In this document: piece by piece, positions 17,007 through 25,417 of the stretch | Layout of the letters: each line of letters begins with the position of its first letter | How positions within the stretch are numbered: position 1 is the stretch's first letter | The notes under the pieces: generated by a model | Database searches by the model: none | Seen by the model: only the letters and a program-made list of their open reading frames with translations | What the model was told of the DNA's origin: nothing | Position numbers and translations under genes: made by a program | Assembly (NCBI GenBank): GCA_964387895.1 | Contig: CAYLWX010000002.1 | Location: 15,779-79,778, forward strand | Direction of reading: 5' to 3' | Source: an uncultured Bdellovibrionales bacterium | GTDB taxonomy: Bacteria; Patescibacteriota; Minisyncoccia; Moranbacterales; UBA2206 | Length of the DNA stretch: 64,000 bases

Positions 17007-18606
17007 AGTTTTTGGTAGTTTCCCTGAATCCTCCGATATTGGCTATAGGCGCCCTAAGAACGCCATGCGGATCGTAATTTTCGAGAATAATATCTTCTAG
17101 TTTGAATTCATCAATATTTTTTATTTCAGGATTCAGTTTTAACGTTGGAAACGGACGGGGAGTTCTTTCAAGCTGTTCTTTTACTTGATCAAAGTGATTA
17201 GAATATATATGAACATCTCCAAAAAAATGCACAAAATCTCCTACTGGAAGTCCGGTTGCCTGTGCCACCATCATGAGCAGCAACGCGTAGCTGGCAATAT
17301 TAAAGGGAACTCCCAGAAATGAATCCGCGCTTCTCTGGTAAAGTCCGCAATTTAATTTTCCATCTACCACCGCGAATTGGAAGGTCGTGTGGCAAAAAGG
17401 CGGCACCTCATTTTTATTTTTCTCGGACGCCATCGCGTAAATAAAATCCGGATTCCAGGCTGAGATTACATACGACTTGCGGTATGGATCATTTTTCAGC
17501 CCGTCAATTATCCACGAAAGCTGATCAATTTCCCTCCCGTCACTGGCTGGCCATCTCCGCCACATTCGTCCGTAAATCGTAATGAGATCTCCCCAGGTTT
17601 TCACAAACTCGCTGTCTTTATCCTCTGATTTAAGTTTGGCAATAAATTCTTCCTGGGATATATCCTGCTCCGCCAGATTATTCTGCGAGCAGTGTTTATG
17701 ATATCGCTTATACGCCCATTCATCCCAAATATGGACGTCCCTGTCCACCAGATACTTAATATTCGAATCTCCGCTTAAAAACCAAAGCAATTCAACAAAA
17801 ATTCCGCGGGAGAATACTTTTTTGGTTGTGAGAAGCGGAAAGCCCTTGCTTAATTCAAACCGCATGCTCCGTCCGAATACCGATCGAATGAAAGGAGGTT
17901 CTTCCCCCTTATCTTTGTATTGTTGCAATACTTCAGGAGTAAAGAATAATTGTTTGTCTGATCCGTTATCCAAAATATCTTGTAAGAGATTGAGATATTG
18001 ATACTCCGGATAAGTATCCTTAGTTTCCGCGACACAACTGCCACATGCGCCTGTGAAAATAATTTCTTCTTTTCCTTCAAAAGTATTTTTAAAATTCTCT
18101 AAATTTCCGGAAAATTTCTCCAATATTATTCCACGCTTGTTTGCCAATTCTTTTACTTCGTTTTCTTTTTCCGTTCCAGTGTTTCCTGCCTTAACTCTTT
18201 CATATTCTTCAAAATATACAATTCGTTTTACGCCTAAATTATTAAGCGCTTTCATGCAGTCGTAGCAGGGAGAAGAAGTAACGTATAACGTGGAATTTTT
18301 AAGTCGTGTGGGATTACCGGCATTCATGATGGCGTTAATCTCGCTGTGCGCGCCCCGACAACGTTTCAGTTCTTTGGTAACAGGATCGCCATCTACCTTG
18401 GCACATCCCACCTCAAGACAATGACTGTCTCCACGGCTCGGTCCATTATATCCTGTCGCGACAATTCGATGATCCTCATCCACAAACACCGACGCGATTT
18501 CATGGTACCGGCATGCCGCGCGCTTAGCTAAAATTTTAGCCAGCATCATAAATGTTTCATCCCAGTCAGGGCGGGTGTGCTTGATCACTTTTTTAGGTGA
18601 GGACAT
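16990..18606 (-). CDS. thyA: bifunctional dCMP deaminase (N-terminal) - thymidylate synthase ThyA (C-terminal) fusion protein
   Basis: N-terminal ~160 aa carry HCLEVGCAKV...CAHSEINAI...SSPCYDCMKAL (CDA-fold dCMP deaminase, HxE and PCxxC). The C-terminal ~340 aa are ThyA: PPFCHTTFQFAVVDGKLNCGLYQRSADSFLGVPFNIASYALLLMMVAQ has the catalytic Cys and the dUMP-specific Asn. Confidence 0.8.
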   Translation of the reverse strand: MSSPKKVIKHTRPDWDETFMMLAKILAKRAACRYHEIASVFVDEDHRIVATGYNGPSRGDSHCLEVGCAKVDGDPVTKELKRCRGAHSEINAIMNAGNPTRLKNSTLYVTSSPCYDCMKALNNLGVKRIVYFEEYERVKAGNTGTEKENEVKELANKRGIILEKFSGNLENFKNTFEGKEEIIFTGACGSCVAETKDTYPEYQYLNLLQDILDNGSDKQLFFTPEVLQQYKDKGEEPPFIRSVFGRSMRFELSKGFPLLTTKKVFSRGIFVELLWFLSGDSNIKYLVDRDVHIWDEWAYKRYHKHCSQNNLAEQDISQEEFIAKLKSEDKDSEFVKTWGDLITIYGRMWRRWPASDGREIDQLSWIIDGLKNDPYRKSYVISAWNPDFIYAMASEKNKNEVPPFCHTTFQFAVVDGKLNCGLYQRSADSFLGVPFNIASYALLLMMVAQATGLPVGDFVHFFGDVHIYSNHFDQVKEQLERTPRPFPTLKLNPEIKNIDEFKLEDIILENYDPHGVLRAPIANIGGFRETTKNYARKS

Positions 18607-18622
18607 AGGGTTAAATCAAAAA

Positions 18623-19180
18623 TTAACTTTTTATTCTTTTAATAATGCTATCCGCCTGACGGCATAATTCATCCACCGTTTTCTCATTAATTACCACGTA
18701 GTCCGCCATAGCAATAGGACCGGCCTGGTGCAGATTTTCTATTTGAGCGTAATCCCTGCTCTCTGACTCTTCAGGGGAAAGCGGCCGCACTGGTCTTTGG
18801 CTCAATCTTCCATACCTCACTTTTGGACAAGCATGCACTGCGATAGTTTCAAACTGGCTTCCAAAAAATTTTTTAAAATACAAATACTCCTCCCAGCTAT
18901 ATAAACTCTCTACTAAAATAATTTTTTCTTCTTTTAAAGATTTAATCTTCTTCACTACTTCTTCCGCGAGGCAAAGTAACCCTCTCTTTTCCCGCAAATC
19001 TTCGCGCGCCAACCGCTCGTTTTTTTCAGTGACCTCCAGACCTCTTCTTTTCATCTCATCAAAAACAACATCCCCGAAATATACCTTTTTAAGCGTGTAG
19101 TTTTCTACTAAATATTTTACTGTCTCTGTTTTCCCTGAACCAGGTAATCCTAACACTGCGATAATTTTTTGATTATCCAT
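18623..19180 (-). CDS. P-loop nucleoside/nucleotide monophosphate kinase-like protein (adenylate-kinase fold)
   Basis: VLGLPGSGKTETVKYL Walker A, 185 aa. The family is not resolvable (dephospho-CoA-kinase-like or NMP-kinase-like). Confidence 0.5.
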   Translation of the reverse strand: MDNQKIIAVLGLPGSGKTETVKYLVENYTLKKVYFGDVVFDEMKRRGLEVTEKNERLAREDLREKRGLLCLAEEVVKKIKSLKEEKIILVESLYSWEEYLYFKKFFGSQFETIAVHACPKVRYGRLSQRPVRPLSPEESESRDYAQIENLHQAGPIAMADYVVINEKTVDELCRQADSIIKRIKS

Positions 19181-19189
19181 TGGGTTATA

Positions 19190-20452
19190 TTACTTCAAAT
19201 TTTTATACAACGGAAACTTCTTACACAACCCTTTCACTTCCTTTCTCACCCGACTCAACACTTTCTTATCCGTATGATTTTCCACCACTTCATAAATCCA
19301 CTTCGCGATCATTTTTATTTCCTTCTCCTTCATTCCGCGCGTGGTGACTGCCGGCACGCCGATGCGTATGCCGCTTGGATCCATGGGGCTTCTCGGGTCA
19401 TCCGGAATCATGTTTTTGTTCAGCGTGATGCCGACTTCATCCAGCGCGACTTCGGCTTCTTTTCCTGTCACGCCCTTACTGCCGAATACATCCGCCAGCA
19501 CCATATGGTTATCCGTCCCGCCAAACATAATTTTAAAGCCGTATTGTACCAGTTCTTTTTCCAATACCTTCGCGTTTTTGATCACTTGTTTCGCGTAGCG
19601 GCGGAAATCCGGTCTCAAGGCTTCTCCAAACGCGACCGCTTTGGCCGCGATATTGTTCATATGCGGTCCGCCCTGAAATCCCGGGAAGGCCGCTTTATCG
19701 ATCGCTTTGGCAAATTCTGCTTTGCACAAAATCATTCCCCCTCTCGGACCGCGTAATGTTTTGTGCGTAGTGGTGGTTACAATGTCAAAATAAGGCACGG
19801 GATTCGGTAGCGCGCGTCCCGCGATGAGCCCCGCAATGTGCGCGATGTCAATCATGGACACGGCCCCGACTTTTTTGGCAATCGCCTGAAATTTCGCGTA
19901 ATCCAATTGGCGAGTGTACGCGGAAAATCCGGCTAAAATAAGTTGGGGGTTTTCTTTGATCGCCATTTCTTCCAGCGCTCTGTAATCAATAAGCCCTGAC
20001 GCGTCTGTTTTATATCGAATAAAATTATACACTTTTGCCGCAAGCGTTACCGGATGGCCATGTGTCAAATGTCCGCCATGGGAAAGATCCATGCCCAATA
20101 CTTTGTCGCCCGGTTTCAACACCGCGCTATAGGCAATCATATTGGCCGGCGCTCCGGAGAGCGGCTGGACATTGACATGTTCGGATCCAAAAAGTTTTTT
20201 CGCCCGCGCTATCGCCAATTCTTCCACTGCATCAGTATACTTCTGCCCGCCATAATATCTTCTCCCGGGATATCCTTCGGAATATTTATTAGTAAAGACT
20301 GACCCCAATGCTTCCAGCACCGCAGAAGAAACATAATTTTCCGAAGCAATAAGCTCCATTCCTTCCTGCTGGCGTTTAATCTCGCCCAGCGTGGCGCGAT
20401 ACACTTCTTTGTCCTGGAATTTGAGATGTTTCATAATTCCCAACCTTACCAT
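19190..20452 (-). CDS. glyA: serine hydroxymethyltransferase
   Basis: PLP-binding [14 protein letters not shown] motif, full-length SHMT. ATG at 20434 ([10 protein letters not shown]) is an alternative start. Confidence 0.9.
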   Translation of the reverse strand: MVRLGIMKHLKFQDKEVYRATLGEIKRQQEGMELIASENYVSSAVLEALGSVFTNKYSEGYPGRRYYGGQKYTDAVEELAIARAKKLFGSEHVNVQPLSGAPANMIAYSAVLKPGDKVLGMDLSHGGHLTHGHPVTLAAKVYNFIRYKTDASGLIDYRALEEMAIKENPQLILAGFSAYTRQLDYAKFQAIAKKVGAVSMIDIAHIAGLIAGRALPNPVPYFDIVTTTTHKTLRGPRGGMILCKAEFAKAIDKAAFPGFQGGPHMNNIAAKAVAFGEALRPDFRRYAKQVIKNAKVLEKELVQYGFKIMFGGTDNHMVLADVFGSKGVTGKEAEVALDEVGITLNKNMIPDDPRSPMDPSGIRIGVPAVTTRGMKEKEIKMIAKWIYEVVENHTDKKVLSRVRKEVKGLCKKFPLYKNLK

Positions 20453-20542
20453 TTATGCAATAATTGCAATTTTAGTATACCTGTTTATGCAAAACATGTC
20501 ATGCAAAAACAGTTGAAAGAAACAAAAAGCCCTCTCCGGGCT

Positions 20543-21103
20543 TTATTTATTCAATACTTTTTTCATTATTTCATCCACTGAAGTATACAGATAATCCAGA
20601 TCTTTTTCATTTACTATTTTAAAATCCGCCGTGGCGCCGATTTCCGGAATAAGTACTTCCGTGGCGCCCCGTTCGATTTCCTGGAATTTTTCAAAACTCA
20701 TATTGTCGTCTGATTTTTCCCCTCTTTTTATGGAGCGTTCCCAGCGCAGCTTTCGATCCGCGGTCGTGTAGATAACGTGACTCTCTGGAAAATTCTTTAC
20801 CATCTCATAATCTTCCCAATACCGTATACCATTCACCACCACTAATCCCTCTTCTTTATCAATTCTTCTTTTCAATCCCTTGCAAAGAATATTCGCGCCG
20901 AATCTTTTTTTAAATTCAATTGCCAGCCATTGCTGGTCTTCTTTGGAAATTTGATCAAAATAGATATGCAGCGCGTCTTTTAAAGGATCAATAAATCTCA
21001 TTACTTTTGCGCCGTAATGTCGCGTAAGATATTCCGCGACAGTATCCTTTCCTGATCCGCTTTCGCCGACGAGACCAATTAAAATTCTTTTTTTATATTC
21101 CAT
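20543..21103 (-). CDS. deoxynucleoside monophosphate kinase, phage T4 gp1-like
   Basis: LVGESGSGKDTVAEYL ... DPLKDAL matches the T4 Dnk signature (SGKDT ... PIKDAL). 186 aa. Confidence 0.6.
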   Translation of the reverse strand: MEYKKRILIGLVGESGSGKDTVAEYLTRHYGAKVMRFIDPLKDALHIYFDQISKEDQQWLAIEFKKRFGANILCKGLKRRIDKEEGLVVVNGIRYWEDYEMVKNFPESHVIYTTADRKLRWERSIKRGEKSDDNMSFEKFQEIERGATEVLIPEIGATADFKIVNEKDLDYLYTSVDEIMKKVLNK

Positions 21104-21144
21104 GAGGTCAAATCTATTAAGTTAAAGTTTTGTATATGTCAATT

Positions 21145-21313
21145 CTGCGTTTGGCTTTCTTTCTTGTCATCCCCGCGAAGGCGGGGATCCAGAATTTGAT
21201 AGGTAAGGCGAACTATATAAGGAAACTAATTTTGATTCTCTTTGCTTTATAACTGGATTATTATTGGATAGGTATGTTGTATACTCCTAGATTCCCGCCT
21301 ATGCGGGAATGAC
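21145..21313 (+). mobile_element. family-E MITE-like element, copy 3 (solo, without family-D arms)
   Basis: ctgcgtttggctttctttcttgtcatccccgcgaaggcggggatccagaa ... tcctagattcccgcctatgcgggaatgac. Between the dNMP kinase start and the rplA stop. Confidence 0.5.
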
Positions 21314-21341
21314 ATGGAAAACTTTCTTATTTTTGATAATT

Positions 21342-22028
21342 TTACCTTTGAATTTTCACCACAGGACCCATCGTAGAGCAAATACTTACACCAACGATAA
21401 GTTTTCCTTTAAACGCTGATGGTTTTGATTTTTCAATATATTCAATAAAAGTTCGGATATTTTCCACTAGTTGCTCCGCTTCAAAAGAAACTTTTCCCGC
21501 CACTTGATGCACGTTCCCTGAATCATCATTTTTGAACGCGATTTTCCCCTTTTTGAGCGCCGCGACTGTTTCTTTCACTTTGGCGGTCACTGTTTCAGAT
21601 TTAGGATTAGGCATAAGTCCTTTGGGCCCCAAAATCTTCGCGACAGCCGCCAGTTTCATCATGATTTCCGGAGTAGCTACCAGCACATCAAACTGCACAT
21701 TAGGAATAATTTTTCCGTTTTTTATTCCTTCAATCAATTCTTCTCCGCCCACCAGGTCAGCGCCAGCCTCCTTTGCCTCTGTTTCACCCAGAGAGGTGAT
21801 TACTGCTACTTTTTTCTCTTTTCCTGTGCCGTGCGGAAGCACTAAAGTTCCCCGCACTTGCTGGTCGCCTTTTTTAGGATCAATGTTAGTTCTTATATGC
21901 ACTTCCACTGATTCGTCAAACTTTGCAGTTTTATTCTCTTTTATAAACCGCACCGCTTCTTCAATAGTGTACACTTTATTTTTTTCTAATTTCTCAGCCG
22001 CGGCTCTATATTTTTTACCTCGTTTCAT
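21342..22028 (-). CDS. rplA: 50S ribosomal protein L1
   Basis: MKRGKKYRAAAEKL..., full-length L1. Confidence 0.9.
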   Translation of the reverse strand: MKRGKKYRAAAEKLEKNKVYTIEEAVRFIKENKTAKFDESVEVHIRTNIDPKKGDQQVRGTLVLPHGTGKEKKVAVITSLGETEAKEAGADLVGGEELIEGIKNGKIIPNVQFDVLVATPEIMMKLAAVAKILGPKGLMPNPKSETVTAKVKETVAALKKGKIAFKNDDSGNVHQVAGKVSFEAEQLVENIRTFIEYIEKSKPSAFKGKLIVGVSICSTMGPVVKIQR

Positions 22029-22085
22029 AATATTATCGCGGTTATAACGACTTGGTTATCTGGCCAGGTCTCCCGCAATTAAAAA

Positions 22086-22508
22086 TTATTCAACCTTGAT
22101 TCCCATCGATCTCGCGGTACCCGCGATAATTTTCATGGCTGCTTCCACGTCATTCGCATTGAGATCCGGCAATTTCTTTTCCGCAATTTCTCGAAGTTTA
22201 TCCTGGCTGATTTTACCCACTTTGTCTTTAAGAGGATTACCCGCTCCTTTTTCCACGCCTGCCGCTTTTTGAAGCAAATCCGACGCGGGAGGAGTTTTTA
22301 GCACAAATTCAAACGTTCGGTCATCATAGACCGTAATTTCCGCCGGAATAATATCTCCGATTTTATCTTTGGTCGCCTCGTTAAATTTGGTGCAAAATTC
22401 CTGAATATTTAATCCATGTTGTCCCAACGCCGGACCGACAGGAGGAGCCGGATTAGCTTTTCCAGCCGAAATCTGAAGCTTGATAATAGTCTTAATTTTC
22501 TTAGCCAT
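22086..22508 (-). CDS. rplK: 50S ribosomal protein L11
   Basis: [29 protein letters not shown]. Confidence 0.95.
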   Translation of the reverse strand: MAKKIKTIIKLQISAGKANPAPPVGPALGQHGLNIQEFCTKFNEATKDKIGDIIPAEITVYDDRTFEFVLKTPPASDLLQKAAGVEKGAGNPLKDKVGKISQDKLREIAEKKLPDLNANDVEAAMKIIAGTARSMGIKVE

Positions 22509-22516
22509 AAATTTAT

Positions 22517-22655
22517 TAAATCCTAAGCACGATCCCGAGTACTCGGGACTAAATCCTAAACAATATCTAAATTAAAATTACCCAAATTAAAAATGTTTTA
22601 GATTTTGGTAATTTGAATTTGTTTAGGATTTAGATATTAAAATTTAGAATTTAAA
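22517..22655. repeat. family-B dyad element (AAATCCT 7-mer inverted arrays around AAAATGTTTT) with embedded TCCCGAGTACTCGGGA palindrome
   Basis: Between the nusG stop and the rplK start. Shares a cgtgcttaggattt segment abutting the start codon with the copy at 51365-51497. Confidence 0.7.
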
Positions 22656-22661
22656 TATCGA

Positions 22662-23207
22662 TTATATTTTATTAATTTGCAAAAAGTCCAGTTCTACCGG
22701 AGTTTCTCTTCCGAATATTGACACCAGCACTTTTATTTTTCCTTTTCCTTCATCGACCGTATCCACTTTACCGTCAAAATCTTTAAACGGTCCGTCAACA
22801 ATTTTTACCGCATCCCCCTGCTTCACGTCGATCTTGTATTTAGGTTCGGTCATTCCCATTCTTTTCTTGAGCATTTCTATTTCCGCGGGATCAACTGGAG
22901 TAGGAGTGGTTCCCAGCCCTATGAATCCGGTCACATTGGGAGTGTTTCTCACTACATACCACGAGGCATCAGTCACAATCATTTCCACCAATACATACCC
23001 TGGATAAATCTTCTCTTCAATCACCGTTCTTTTTCCGCCCTTAATTTTAATCTTTTTTTCCATGGGAACCATTACGTCAAAGATCAAGTCCTGCATATCC
23101 ATGGATTCAATTCTTTGCCGTAAATTCCGGGCGACATTGTCTTCATACCCGCTGTAGGTATGGATTACATACCACGCCCGCCCATGATGTTGTGTTTGCT
23201 TCGCCAT
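22662..23207 (-). CDS. nusG: transcription termination/antitermination factor NusG
   Basis: WYVIHTYSGYEDNV NGN domain and C-terminal KOW. Start set at MAKQTQ (23207). The ORF-track N-terminus reads through the family-C repeat. Confidence 0.85.
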   Translation of the reverse strand: MAKQTQHHGRAWYVIHTYSGYEDNVARNLRQRIESMDMQDLIFDVMVPMEKKIKIKGGKRTVIEEKIYPGYVLVEMIVTDASWYVVRNTPNVTGFIGLGTTPTPVDPAEIEMLKKRMGMTEPKYKIDVKQGDAVKIVDGPFKDFDGKVDTVDEGKGKIKVLVSIFGRETPVELDFLQINKI

Positions 23208-23211
23208 AGAT

Positions 23212-23297
23212 TTCATGAAACATGGAACACATAACACGGAACAAAAAATCCAAGATGATTTGTTTCATGCTCTATGTTCCATGTTCTATGTTAGAGT
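23212..23297. repeat. family-C dyad element (CATGGAA/ACATGGA 7-mer inverted arrays)
   Basis: catgaaacatggaacacataacacggaac ... gtttcatgctctatgttccatgttctatg. Between secE and nusG. Confidence 0.65.
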
Positions 23298-23473
23298 ACA
23301 AATGTCTTTAATAAATACGCGAACAAATAATCCAGCCCTCCCAAAAATATTGCCAGCACTACGCTGATACCGATTACTATCAAAGTATACCGTACTACTT
23401 CCTGCTTTGAAGGCCAGTTTACTTTTAACAGCTCCGTTTTGGCTTCTTTGAAAAATATGACCAGCTTACTCAT
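23291..23473 (-). CDS. secE: preprotein translocase subunit SecE
   Basis: 60 aa with a single C-terminal TM helix and KVNWPSKQEV motif. Canonical position upstream of nusG. Confidence 0.8.
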   Translation of the reverse strand: MSKLVIFFKEAKTELLKVNWPSKQEVVRYTLIVIGISVVLAIFLGGLDYLFAYLLKTFVL

Positions 23474-23595
23474 CCTGAGTTTTTTAAAAAATATTCACCC
23501 GCTCCAATTTTACCCCAAAAAAGGACTTTTAAAAAGCCCTTCGGGCTTTTATTGATTCTAAACTAAATATACACCAGGATTAATTTCTTGTCAAA

Positions 23596-23672
23596 TGGTG
23601 GGCGTATCTGGATTCGAACCAGAGACCTCGTCATTATCAGTGACGCGCTCTAACCAACTGAGCTATACGCCC
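23596..23672 (-). tRNA. tRNA-Ile (anticodon GAT), CCA encoded
   Basis: Reverse complement GGGCGTATAGCTCAGTTGGTTAGAGCGCGTCACTGATAATGACGAGGTCTCTGGTTCGAATCCAGATACGCCCACCA folds as a cloverleaf with anticodon loop CTGATAA. Confidence 0.9.
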
Positions 23673-23675
23673 TTG

Positions 23676-23748
23676 TGGACCGTGCCGGACTCGAACCGGC
23701 CACCTCCTCGGTGCAAACGAGGCACTCTACCAGATGAGCTAACGGCCC
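23676..23748 (-). tRNA. tRNA-Ala (anticodon TGC)
   Basis: Reverse complement GGGCCGTTAGCTCATCTGGTAGAGTGCCTCGTTTGCACCGAGGAGGTGGCCGGTTCGAGTCCGGCACGGTCCA. Acceptor G3:U70 Ala identity pair present. Anticodon loop TTTGCAC. Confidence 0.9.
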
Positions 23749-23835
23749 TGTAGACTGACCGTTATTCTAACAAAAAATAATAATACTGTCCATACCAACC
23801 AGATTATTGTAAAATAAATAGATTTCAAAAATCCT

Positions 23836-23944
23836 AATATCCAAATCCCAATGCCAAATAAAATCCCAAATCCCAATTTCAAAACTTTTGGACATTCTGA
23901 TTTTGGGTTTTATTGGATATTGGGATTTGGGAATTGTAAATTTA
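23836..23944. repeat. family-A dyad element, diverged copy (CCCAAAT/GGGATTT arms, CAAAACTTTTGG centre)
   Basis: Upstream (5') of the minus-strand tRNA-Ala/Ile-secE-nusG block, downstream of murD. Confidence 0.65.
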
Positions 23945-23992
23945 GATCATAGTAAATATCTTCCAGCCACATACATTCACTTTTCTTTATTA

Positions 23993-25399
23993 TTATTTCA
24001 ATTCCATCACCGCTTTGTTGAACTTGTCTCCTCGGTCGAATTCATTTACAAAAAGTCCGAAACTGGCAGCTCCGGGAGAAAGAAGCACTACGTCTCCTTC
24101 TTCCGCCATACTGTTCGCGCGTGTAACCGCCTCTTCCATCGAATCAACTACAGGAAACTCTTCCAAATCTGAGATAGAATTTTTCCAACCCAGCTTTCGC
24201 AATTCCCCTATAAGCTTATCGGCCGCTTCCCCCTTTAAAAATACTGCTTTTTTTACTCTTTCTTTTATCGCGCGAGCTAAAATTGACATATCCAGATTTT
24301 TGCTCGACCCTCCGCACACAAGCACCAATGGATCCTTAAAAGAATGAATTCCGGCTGCCGCGCTTTCAGGGTTGGTAGCCGCGGTGTCATTGTAAAATTT
24401 TACTCCCCCGAACTCCCGGACAAGCTCAAGCCGGTATGGAATACCTGAAAAATTCATAATGGATTTGCGTATGTCTTTCAAAGAAATTTTCTCCATCCAT
24501 GCTACTCCTGTAGCTATCAGCACATTTTCAAGGTTATGCGATCCCGCAAGAGTAATTTCTGACACTTCCATAACTTTTTTTTCCTCTGTTCCGTCACTCA
24601 CATACACGCTTCCTTCACGAGTATACACTTCTTTCCCGGAACCTGTTTTTTCCGTGGAACATCTTACGATTTGAGAAGGAATTTCTCCCTCCATATTTCG
24701 CGCTCTCTCGCTATTCCAATTCACTACGCAATATTCTTCCGGTTTTTGATAAAGAAAAATATGTTTTTTGTCTTTCACATACGCCTCCACGGAAGAATAA
24801 TGATTCAGATGATCAGGAAAAATATTCGTAATGGCCGCGCCCTCTGGACTAAGAGAATACTTTCCCAACGCGCTTAGCCTCCAACTTGAAAGCTCAAAGA
24901 CCACTATATTATCTTTTTTCAGATCACCAAGCTTATCTAACACTGACACCTGCCCTACGCCTACTTTCAGCGGGTTTTTACCGGCAGTTTTTAAAATGCC
25001 ATACACCAAAGACGATACTGTTGTCTTTCCCTTGGTTCCTGTTATTCCTATAATACGGCTCCCGCATAATTTAAAGAAAAGACTGGAGTCCATTTCTACC
25101 GGAATTTTTCTCTCTAGCGCGAGCGCGATATACTTATTGTTCCATGGCACCGCGGGGTTTTTGACCACAAGTTCCGTCTTAGTAAAGTCCTCCGGACGAT
25201 GTTGTCCCAGAACATACTCAATATTTTTCAATCCCTTCAACTTCTCGAGCGAAGGAGCAAGATACGAGGCAGAATTTATATCAGTCACAACAATTTTTGC
25301 TCCCAGTGAATGCAAAAATCGAACCGCACCGACGGCGCCTCCATGAAGGCCCAGACCCATCACGGTTATTTTTTTACACTTAAAGTCCTGCAGAGTCAT
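23993..25399 (-). CDS. murD: UDP-N-acetylmuramoylalanine--D-glutamate ligase
   Basis: ITVMGLGLHGGAVGAVRFL N-terminal Rossmann and GTKGKTT P-loop. Mur ligase domains. Confidence 0.85.
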   Translation of the reverse strand: MTLQDFKCKKITVMGLGLHGGAVGAVRFLHSLGAKIVVTDINSASYLAPSLEKLKGLKNIEYVLGQHRPEDFTKTELVVKNPAVPWNNKYIALALERKIPVEMDSSLFFKLCGSRIIGITGTKGKTTVSSLVYGILKTAGKNPLKVGVGQVSVLDKLGDLKKDNIVVFELSSWRLSALGKYSLSPEGAAITNIFPDHLNHYSSVEAYVKDKKHIFLYQKPEEYCVVNWNSERARNMEGEIPSQIVRCSTEKTGSGKEVYTREGSVYVSDGTEEKKVMEVSEITLAGSHNLENVLIATGVAWMEKISLKDIRKSIMNFSGIPYRLELVREFGGVKFYNDTAATNPESAAAGIHSFKDPLVLVCGGSSKNLDMSILARAIKERVKKAVFLKGEAADKLIGELRKLGWKNSISDLEEFPVVDSMEEAVTRANSMAEEGDVVLLSPGAASFGLFVNEFDRGDKFNKAVMELK

Positions 25400-25417
25400 A
25401 TGCTTACTCCCTATTTT

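Noticed and set aside
16990-18606. Is the ThyA homologue a dUMP/dCMP hydroxymethylase implying DNA hypermodification (given the T4-like dNMP kinase and dCMP deaminase)?
   Set aside because: The substrate-specifying residue is Asn (PFNIASY), as in dUMP-methylating ThyA, not Asp as in dCMP hydroxymethylases. An adjacent DHFR and SHMT make sense only for a true dihydrofolate-producing thymidylate synthase.
19169-19756. 195-aa plus-strand ORF overlapping glyA, and similar shadow ORFs over rplA (21532-22047), murD, the hydrogenase genes, hlyD and secY
   Set aside because: They lie antisense to strongly supported genes with no independent evidence.
14685-21103. Is the nucleotide module a prophage?
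   Set aside because: There is no integrase, terminase, capsid, tail or lysis gene anywhere in the window. Only the enzyme set is phage-like.
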